This document shows, one piece after another, positions 8,315-14,950 of a stretch of 14,950 nt of DNA. The notes below the pieces were generated by a model. The model did not search any database. It was not told the origin of the DNA and saw nothing but the letters and a program-made list of their open reading frames with translations. The stretch spans positions 48,515 through 63,464 of the forward strand of contig CAYRPF010000007.1 of NCBI GenBank assembly GCA_964426185.1. The letters run 5' to 3'. Both the position numbers and the translations under genes were made by a program. This stretch comes from an uncultured archaeon. GTDB taxonomy: Archaea; Asgardarchaeota; Lokiarchaeia; Sigyniarchaeales; Promethearchaeaceae. Every line of letters begins with the position of its first letter. Position 1 is the first letter of the stretch.

Positions 8315-10153
8315 ATGGAAGAATATGAATTATTTGATGAAAATACCACAGCAATTGTTTACGGTTTTCAAACTCGAGCAATTCAGCGAATGATTGATTT
8401 CGATTACGTGTGTAAACGAAAAACACCTAGTGTTGCTGCAATAATTCGACCCACTCAAGCCGATTATATTGCATATCACAAAGTATTTTTCGGAACTCAA
8501 GAGATTATTATTCCCGTATATAAAGATCTTAGTTTAGCAGCAAAAAAGCATCCTCATGCAAGTGTAGTAGTCAATTTTTCTTCATTTCGCTCCGCATTTG
8601 AAACTAGTAAAGAAGCACTTGAATTAAATACCATCAAGACCCTAGCAATTATTGCAGAAGGGATACCCGAGCGTCAAAGTCGTATTTTAGGAAAAATTGC
8701 CCGTCAACATGGAAAATGGATTATTGGCCCCGCTACTGTAGGAGGTATTCGTGCTGGTGCGTTTAAGATTGGAAATACCGCTGGAACAATCGAAAATGTT
8801 ATTCTTTCAAAGTTATATCGCCCAGGATCAGTTGGTTTTGTATCTAAATCAGGTGGTATGAGCAATGAAATGAATTTTATGATTGCTCAAAATTCTGATG
8901 GTGTTTATGAAAGTATCGCTATTGGTGGAGATCGCTATCCAGGTGCTTCTTTGATTGATCATCTCTTACGTTACGAGCGTAACCCTAAAATCAAAATGTT
9001 AGTGTGTTTGGGTGAAATTGGAGGAACCGATGAATATAAAATTGTTGATGCCCTCAAAGAAGGAAAAATAACAAAACCATTAGTAATTTGGGTTACTGGA
9101 ACAGCTGCAAAGATTTTGCCCAAAGGTTTACAGTTCGGTCATGCCGGTGCTATGGCAGGTAGTGATAGAGAAACCGCAGAAGCAAAAAATGCCGCACTTA
9201 GAGAAGCAGGTGCGATTGTTCCCAATACATATGATGAATTAGATAAGAAAATCCGAGACACTTTTGAAAAATTAAAAGCGGAAGGCAAAATTGAACCGGT
9301 GGAAGAATTTGAGCCTCCTAAGATTCCTATGGATTATGCTCAAGCAGTAAAAGAAGGGTTAGTCCGACGCCCAACCGATATGGTTTGTACCATTACTGAC
9401 GATCGAGGTGATGTTCCTCTCTATAATGGTAAAGGTCTTGATGAAATTATTAAAGAAAAGAAATCTATCGGATACGTTATCGGAATGTTGTGGTTTAAGA
9501 AAGAATTACCTGATTATGCCCAAGAATATATTGAAATGGTAATTAAACTCACGGCAGACCATGGACCAGCAGTATCTGGCGCTCACAATGCGATTGTTAC
9601 TGCTCGTGCTGGAAAAGATTTGATGTCTTCTTTATCTGCGGGAATTCTGACCATCGGCCCCCGTTTCGGTGGTGCTATCAGCGACGGAGCCAAATACTTT
9701 AAAATGGCTAAAGATAAAGGCATGACTCCAATGGAATTTATCAACTATATGAAAAAAGTGGAAAAGAAAAACATCCCTGGAATTGGTCATCGAATCAAAT
9801 CAGTGCAAAATCCTGATGTTCGAGTTCAATTATTGAAAAAATATGTTAACACTAAATTTCCCACCCATCCATATTTAGATTATGCTTTAGAAGTAGAAAA
9901 ACTAACCACTTCCAAACGTAATAATTTAATTTTGAATGTAGATGGATGCATAGGTATTTGCTTTTTAGATTTACTGGAAAATTTAGGATTTAGTGAGGAA
10001 GAAAAGCAAGATATCTTAAACAGCGAAGCATTAAATGGACTTTTTGTCTTAGGTCGTTCTATCGGTATGATGGGGCATATTTTCGACCAGAAACGCTTGC
10101 GAACCCGGTTATATCGCCAGCCTTGGGATGAAATTCTATTTTACAAGGAGTAA
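8315..10153 (+). CDS. aclA: ATP-citrate lyase alpha subunit (CoA-binding, phospho-His and citryl-CoA lyase domains)
   Basis: IIGPATVGGI, KLYRPGSV.FVSKSGGMSNE, GGDRYPG, QFGHAGA (phospho-His), ADHGPAVSGAHN, GPRFGGA, PGIGHRIKS..NPD.RV, NLILNVDG.IG, GLFVLGRSIG..GH..DQKRL. Confidence 0.96.
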   Translation: MEEYELFDENTTAIVYGFQTRAIQRMIDFDYVCKRKTPSVAAIIRPTQADYIAYHKVFFGTQEIIIPVYKDLSLAAKKHPHASVVVNFSSFRSAFETSKEALELNTIKTLAIIAEGIPERQSRILGKIARQHGKWIIGPATVGGIRAGAFKIGNTAGTIENVILSKLYRPGSVGFVSKSGGMSNEMNFMIAQNSDGVYESIAIGGDRYPGASLIDHLLRYERNPKIKMLVCLGEIGGTDEYKIVDALKEGKITKPLVIWVTGTAAKILPKGLQFGHAGAMAGSDRETAEAKNAALREAGAIVPNTYDELDKKIRDTFEKLKAEGKIEPVEEFEPPKIPMDYAQAVKEGLVRRPTDMVCTITDDRGDVPLYNGKGLDEIIKEKKSIGYVIGMLWFKKELPDYAQEYIEMVIKLTADHGPAVSGAHNAIVTARAGKDLMSSLSAGILTIGPRFGGAISDGAKYFKMAKDKGMTPMEFINYMKKVEKKNIPGIGHRIKSVQNPDVRVQLLKKYVNTKFPTHPYLDYALEVEKLTTSKRNNLILNVDGCIGICFLDLLENLGFSEEEKQDILNSEALNGLFVLGRSIGMMGHIFDQKRLRTRLYRQPWDEILFYKE

Positions 10154-10230
10154 AACGATTTATTTACCTTAATTGTTTTATTTAATTTTTTTTACATTCT
10201 TGAAAATAAAAAAGCAAAAAAAACCTAAAC
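10154..10230. terminator. Bidirectional oligo-T terminator region between the convergent aclA and ThDP-enzyme genes
   Basis: T-rich first half (T8 tract) and A-rich second half (A6 and A8 tracts, oligo-T on the minus strand). Confidence 0.55.
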
Positions 10231-12072
10231 TCAATTTAATTTTTCAGCCAATATTTCTTTTTCATATTTCACTCGTTTATTTTTCAAATATGCAGGAATA
10301 GGTACATCCCACCATCCCCATGCCGGGCTTCCGCTGTATTTTGGATCTCGGTTTACGATAATTTCAATGAGCGCTGGGCTATTTTGATCAAAGGCTTCTT
10401 TTAAGGTGGGTTGAATTTCATCATTTTTGGAAATTCTTTTATTCCAAATTCCAAAACCTTGAGCAACTTGCGCGAAATTAGGAGTATATATATCACCATT
10501 TAAATCTTTAAACTCTGTCGCATAAGATCTATCTGTTCCGTATACCGCTCTTTGAAGGTCGGTTATTGCCATCCAACCCGAATTATTTAGAACGATAACT
10601 ACAACATTGAAATCTAGTTGCTTTAAAGTATGCAATTCCTGCATGGTCATCATGAAATCTCCATCTCCAATTAAGGCAACTACTTGTTTATCGGGAGCCG
10701 CTAATTTTGCGCCGATGGCGGCTGGTAGAGAAAATCCCATGGTGGAAAAACCCCCTGCAGTAATGTTAGTGTGGGGTTCATAAAACATAAACTCTTGGAT
10801 TAACTGGGCTTGTACATTACCAGATGAAGTTACCACAATCGCATCTCGGTTCAAAAATGTCCTTAATTCTTTCAATACGCAAGAAATCATTACTGGTTCA
10901 ATTTCTGGGTTTGCCCATTGATTAATAAATTGCATCCATTCTTTGCGATATCGCTGCAACTTTGCAAAATAATCCGTCTTTTGATAATCTCTGGTTTGAT
11001 AATTAGTTTGCAGAATTTCCAGTAAATCTCGGCATACTGCTTTCACATCTCCTAATATTCCAATATCTACTGGATAATTTTTTCCAATCTCATGGGCATC
11101 GATATCCACTTGGATTAAGCGTGTATCCTTATCATCCGGTCCAAAATTCCAAGCCACTCCTTTTTTATAAGAGCAAGTAGATTCATCAGCAAATCTAGTT
11201 CCTAAAGCTAACACTACATCAGCCGAACGAGATATTTGAATTCCGCATTTTGTTCCTTTAGAACCAGTGGAAAAAGCATATAATGGATGATCGTTTGGAA
11301 AAGCATCTTGCGCCATCATTGAGGTTAAAACAGGCATTCCAATAAATTCTGCAATTTCCTTTACTTCATTGAATGCTTCAGATGATACAACACCCCCTCC
11401 AAGCCATAATACGGGGCGCTTTGCCTTCATTAACATTTCTGCGGCTTTTTGAATTAATTGATAATCTCCACGTGGTCGAGCTTGGGTCATTCGCTTGAAT
11501 AAATCGGGTAGAGATAAATTACAAGGAGCACATTGGACATCCATGGGTAAATCAATATGAACAGGTCCTTTTCTTCCAGTTAACATGAAATTAAAAGCAC
11601 GCTGCATCACTTTCGGGAGTTGGTTAACATGAGCAACTTCAAATTGTCTTTTTACAACGGGGGAAAGTATTTCTGGAAAATTGCTGTCTTTTTTGCGCTC
11701 TATTTCTTGTAAAACGCCTACACCTCGCATGTGAACATGAGTATCTCCCGTAATTACTAAAACCGGCATAGAATCCACGAATGCATCAGCTAATCCTATG
11801 GCAGTATTTATTCCACCGGGTCCAATGCTGGTGAATACTGCCAAAGGTTTCCCACACACACGGTAATAACCGACTGCCATATGTACTCCTGCCATTTCTT
11901 GTTTGGGCTGAATTACTTTTATTTTATTTCTATTTCGATAAAATGCATCAGTTAGTCCTAACGAACCGTGACCGGGTATACCGAATACATATGGAACTTC
12001 TGCTTTAATTAGGAATTCCACGATTAATTCACCCCCGGTTTTTGTTTTAGATTTTGGTTGTTTAGTTTCCAT
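10231..12072 (-). CDS. Thiamine-diphosphate-dependent enzyme, acetolactate synthase large subunit superfamily, with IolD-like motifs
   Basis: TGGELIVEFL...V.YVFGIPG, catalytic Glu in KQEMAGVHMA, SIGPG..N, GPVHIDLPMDVQ, central FAD-fold domain (AKRPVLWLGGGV, IQVDID..EIGKNYP), ThDP motif GDGDFMM...VLNN. The substrate cannot be assigned from sequence alone. Confidence 0.9.
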   Translation of the reverse strand: METKQPKSKTKTGGELIVEFLIKAEVPYVFGIPGHGSLGLTDAFYRNRNKIKVIQPKQEMAGVHMAVGYYRVCGKPLAVFTSIGPGGINTAIGLADAFVDSMPVLVITGDTHVHMRGVGVLQEIERKKDSNFPEILSPVVKRQFEVAHVNQLPKVMQRAFNFMLTGRKGPVHIDLPMDVQCAPCNLSLPDLFKRMTQARPRGDYQLIQKAAEMLMKAKRPVLWLGGGVVSSEAFNEVKEIAEFIGMPVLTSMMAQDAFPNDHPLYAFSTGSKGTKCGIQISRSADVVLALGTRFADESTCSYKKGVAWNFGPDDKDTRLIQVDIDAHEIGKNYPVDIGILGDVKAVCRDLLEILQTNYQTRDYQKTDYFAKLQRYRKEWMQFINQWANPEIEPVMISCVLKELRTFLNRDAIVVTSSGNVQAQLIQEFMFYEPHTNITAGGFSTMGFSLPAAIGAKLAAPDKQVVALIGDGDFMMTMQELHTLKQLDFNVVVIVLNNSGWMAITDLQRAVYGTDRSYATEFKDLNGDIYTPNFAQVAQGFGIWNKRISKNDEIQPTLKEAFDQNSPALIEIIVNRDPKYSGSPAWGWWDVPIPAYLKNKRVKYEKEILAEKLN

Positions 12073-12096
12073 TTCAATTCCCTAAATTTTTACATG

Positions 12097-12160
12097 CATT
12101 TATAATTTTGCTATGATTATTTATAAAATGAAACAGCGTAATAAACACATTATAAATGTG
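12097..12160. promoter_or_regulatory. Divergent promoter with two identical, oppositely oriented ATTATAAATG boxes
   Basis: CATTTATAAT at 12097-12106 reads ATTATAAATG on the minus strand, 24 nt from the ThDP gene start. ATTATAAATG at 12149-12158 lies 28 nt before the dehydratase start. Confidence 0.6.
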
Positions 12161-12186
12161 AAGCAAAATAAAGAGATGAATATAAT

Positions 12187-13833
12187 ATGCCAATCGAAAA
12201 AACGCCAGAAAATGCTTATAAACGTGCTTTGTATCACGGTTGTGGATATTCGTCATCGGATTTAGAAAAACCTATGATTGCCATCGCAAATTCTTATAAT
12301 TCTATGAATCCAGGGCATGTTCATCTTAAAAAAATTGAAGATTTAATCGTAAAATCTATATTAAACGCAGGAGGAACACCCATGGTTTTCAATACCATTG
12401 CTATCTGCGATGGAATTGCCAATAACGGGAATAATAGTAAATATGCCTTACCTTCTCGGGAAATTATTGCTGCTTCAGTTGAATTACAAGTAAATGCCCA
12501 TGGTTTTGATGGATTAGTATGTATTGCTTCTTGTGATAAAATCATTCCAGGTATGCTAATGGGGGCACTCCGTTGTAATTTACCAACGGTTTTTTTTACG
12601 GGGGGAATTATGAAACCTTGTGAAATTCCAAATTTAGGAACATTCGTTACCTCTGATATCAAAGAAGCCATTGGAAGATGGAAAATTGGAGAATTAAGTG
12701 AAGCAGACTTGAATACGATAATTGAGAATACTTGCACACCTGGAGCTTGTAATATGTTAGGAACTGCTAATACCATGGCAGCTATGGTTGAAGCAATGGG
12801 ATTATCCCTACCTAATTGTGCATTAGCTCAAGCACTTGGAGAGCAACAAACAGAATTAGCCAAACAAATCGGGTCTGTAATCATGAGTTTAATTGAGAAC
12901 AATATTTCACTAAAACAGATCGTCACAGTAAAATCCCTTGAAAACGCAGTTAAATGTGCTTTAGCGGTTGGAGGTTCTTCTAACCTTGTGTTACATAGTT
13001 TAGCAATAAGCCATGAAATAGGAGAAAAATGGGATCACTTTAAAATTCAGGAAATTTCAGAAAAAACTCCGCTATTAGTGAAATTAAAACCTTCTTCTTC
13101 TCTAACACTCACAGAATTTCATAATTCTGGGGGGATCATGTCTGTATTAAAAGAATTATACACATTGCTGCATACTGATTGTCTAACAATACTTGGAAGC
13201 ACAATTGGGGAAAATATCATCAAATACGGGAAAAAATCCCCCTTAATTTGCGATTTACACAATCCTTTAGAAAACCATGGTGGAATCGTAGTTTTACAAG
13301 GAAATCTGGCACCAGAAGGTTGTATTGTAAAACAAAGCGGCGTTGAAAAAGAGATGTTAACGTATAAAGGTCAAGCTAAAGTATTTAACTCAGAAGAAGA
13401 AGTTAGAGAAGCTTTACTTTCCCAAAAAATTCGTCAAGGAGATGTTTTGGTAATAAAATATGAAGGTCCGAAAGGATCTCCTGGAATGAGAGAAATGTCA
13501 ATTTCTGCTGCTTTATTAGTTGGTATGGGGTTAGGAAAATCCGTAGCTATGATTACAGATGGAAGATACAGCGGAGCCAGCCGAGGTCCATGTATAGGAC
13601 ATGTTTGCCCCGAAGCCATAGAAGGTGGACCTATTGGATTGGTAAAAGACGGAGATCTGATTGAAATTGATATCCCAAACCGGACTTTGAATCTGCTTGT
13701 TTCACCAGATGAGTTAAAGAATAGAAAAAGTCAATGGAAACCAGTAATAAAGGAAGTTCCAAAAGGATTTCTTAAAATTTACGCTAAAAATGTTTCCAGC
13801 GCTCGATATGGGGCGATCCTTAAGGAAAAGTAA
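12187..13833 (+). CDS. ilvD: Dihydroxy-acid dehydratase (IlvD/Edd family), Fe-S dependent
   Basis: KPMIAIANS...[36 protein letters not shown]...[53 protein letters not shown]. The family is secure, but true IlvD activity is not. Confidence 0.88.
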   Translation: MPIEKTPENAYKRALYHGCGYSSSDLEKPMIAIANSYNSMNPGHVHLKKIEDLIVKSILNAGGTPMVFNTIAICDGIANNGNNSKYALPSREIIAASVELQVNAHGFDGLVCIASCDKIIPGMLMGALRCNLPTVFFTGGIMKPCEIPNLGTFVTSDIKEAIGRWKIGELSEADLNTIIENTCTPGACNMLGTANTMAAMVEAMGLSLPNCALAQALGEQQTELAKQIGSVIMSLIENNISLKQIVTVKSLENAVKCALAVGGSSNLVLHSLAISHEIGEKWDHFKIQEISEKTPLLVKLKPSSSLTLTEFHNSGGIMSVLKELYTLLHTDCLTILGSTIGENIIKYGKKSPLICDLHNPLENHGGIVVLQGNLAPEGCIVKQSGVEKEMLTYKGQAKVFNSEEEVREALLSQKIRQGDVLVIKYEGPKGSPGMREMSISAALLVGMGLGKSVAMITDGRYSGASRGPCIGHVCPEAIEGGPIGLVKDGDLIEIDIPNRTLNLLVSPDELKNRKSQWKPVIKEVPKGFLKIYAKNVSSARYGAILKEK

Positions 13834-14355
13834 AAAAAGTAAAAAAAGGATGTCCAGGATGGTGTTTTCTTCCGGGTATTCTGTTTCTTTAGTTGAATTA
13901 TCATCAAGAACACTTGCAATTGCTGGAATTAATGATTCAGTAAATGGAAGCCTAATACCAAAAGCACATTATTGTCATCATTAGTAAATTTGTAGTTATC
14001 GATAATTACATCAAATTTCAATTCGGCGGTGTTGGAATCCAAATAATTTCTGAATTGAATTATAAAATCCATGCCTACGCTGGTAATGTTAAATTTATTC
14101 AGTCTGTCTTCATCAATAATCTCGGAAAAATCCCATTTCATGGCTGCCAAAGCCTTATTAGAGGATGGGACAATGGAATCCGTTCCTTTATCATAAATTC
14201 TATCTGCCCAGAAGGAATATTCGTAAGGCAGTTTGATCATTTTCTATATCAATGTTTTTATCCGAGCTGGGAATTCCTGCAACGGGTGGCACAGAGAACA
14301 ATAACAATGATAGCAAGCTTAAACCAGTGATAATTTTATATTTGCTTCGATCCAT
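13830..14355 (-). pseudogene. Frameshifted remnant of a secreted/surface protein
   Basis: A 51-aa ORF at 14355-14200 (MDRSKYKIITGLSLLSLLLFSVPPVAG-IPSSDKNIDIEND...) has a textbook signal peptide and overlaps, in another frame, the 103-aa ORF 14240-13929. A further shifted segment continues as an acidic linker and hydrophobic tail ([32 protein letters not shown]). Confidence 0.6.
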
Positions 14356-14509
14356 AAGAATCAACTAACTAATGGAAAGGTTTTTTGTAAAGCATTTTAG
14401 GAGAATAATCTTCCTATTTTTGAGGGCGATAAAAATAAAGATTGTAAAGCAAAACTGTGATTTTATTGAGGTAAATTTTAATGTTCGATTTAGCTAAAGA
14501 TGGGTATTA

Positions 14510-14950
14510 ATGAAATATTTAAACAAAATTATTCTTTATGGAGTTATTGGGTGCTCTATTTGGGTATTAGATTCCATCATCAGCTATTATTTTTACAATC
14601 CTGGTAAATCTTTCTTTGAATTGGTGCTTACTAACCCAGAGATTCACGACATCATATTTCGGCTGTTTCTTATATGTTTTTTTTTCTTTATTGTTTTTTA
14701 TTTGACAAAAAGTCGTGATTTTGAACGACGGATGAAAAAAAAATTAATGATTTCGAATTCGGAGAAGAAAAATATCTTAAACAATCTCAGAGAGGGTATT
14801 ATTTTCTATAAAAGTCCAAATTTGGAAATTTTATGGGAAAATGAAACAGTTAAGCATATTTCTGAAGAGACAAACCTAGATAAAAATAGTTTAAGCCAAA
14901 AATGTTCTATGCGGCTCTTTTCAGTAGAAGAAAATTGTAAGGATTGTCCT
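14510..14950 (+). CDS. Membrane-anchored PAS-domain sensor protein (probable histidine kinase N-terminus), 3'-truncated by the window edge
   Basis: Not in the ORF track. Open from the ATG at 14510 (in-frame TAA at 14495) to the window end, 147 codons: two TM helices, a charged helical linker, then 'SEKKNILNNLREGIIFY...LEILWEN' (PAS start) and 'QKC...NCKDCP'. The output domain is not visible. Confidence 0.8.
   Translation, partial: MKYLNKIILYGVIGCSIWVLDSIISYYFYNPGKSFFELVLTNPEIHDIIFRLFLICFFFFIVFYLTKSRDFERRMKKKLMISNSEKKNILNNLREGIIFYKSPNLEILWENETVKHISEETNLDKNSLSQKCSMRLFSVEENCKDCP

Noticed and set aside
7030-10153. Succinyl-CoA synthetase or citrate synthase as alternative calls
   Set aside because: ACL-specific motifs (KPDQLFGKRGK, NYGEYSG.P, GGIANFT) and the fused citryl-CoA lyase domain in the 612-aa subunit identify ATP-citrate lyase.
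5036-10153. Claim of autotrophic reverse-TCA carbon fixation
   Set aside because: ACL alone is not sufficient, and no other rTCA key enzyme is present in the window.
12074-12256. 60-aa minus-strand ORF as a leader or attenuator peptide for the ThDP gene
   Set aside because: It spans the AT-rich divergent promoter, overlaps the ilvD start in antisense, and shows no attenuator-like codon run or structure.
12321-13619. Minus-strand ORFs of 151 and 61 aa
   Set aside because: Antisense shadows of the dehydratase.
13790-14330. Plus-strand ORFs of 64 and 91 aa
   Set aside because: They are antisense to the better-supported minus-strand secreted-protein remnant and lack motifs.
1-14950. CRISPR arrays, tRNA/rRNA, IS elements, integrases
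   Set aside because: No regularly spaced repeats, cloverleaf-like segments, terminal inverted repeats or transposase/integrase motifs were seen by eye.

Overview
AT-rich prokaryotic window. Archaeal-style TATA boxes, oligo-T terminators and a CPxC...CCEH protein suggest an Asgard archaeon of the Lokiarchaeia type (inference). In order, it holds a 5'-truncated penicillin-acylase-family Ntn hydrolase abutting a small membrane protein, a GPH/MelB-type MFS transporter, and a Zn-ribbon protein with a possible DENN-like domain. Next come an aconitase followed by both subunits of ATP-citrate lyase (aclB, aclA), then a divergent pair: a ThDP enzyme with mixed acetolactate-synthase/IolD features and an IlvD/Edd-family dehydratase. 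The window ends with a frameshifted remnant of a secreted protein and the 5' end of a membrane-anchored PAS sensor missing from the ORF track. No rRNA, tRNA, CRISPR array or mobile element was seen. The best leads are the acn-aclBA cluster, the IolD-like/IlvD-like pair with mirror-image promoter boxes (possibly an undescribed catabolic module), and the possible Zn-ribbon-DENN protein. All family assignments come from motifs recalled by eye, not from database searches.
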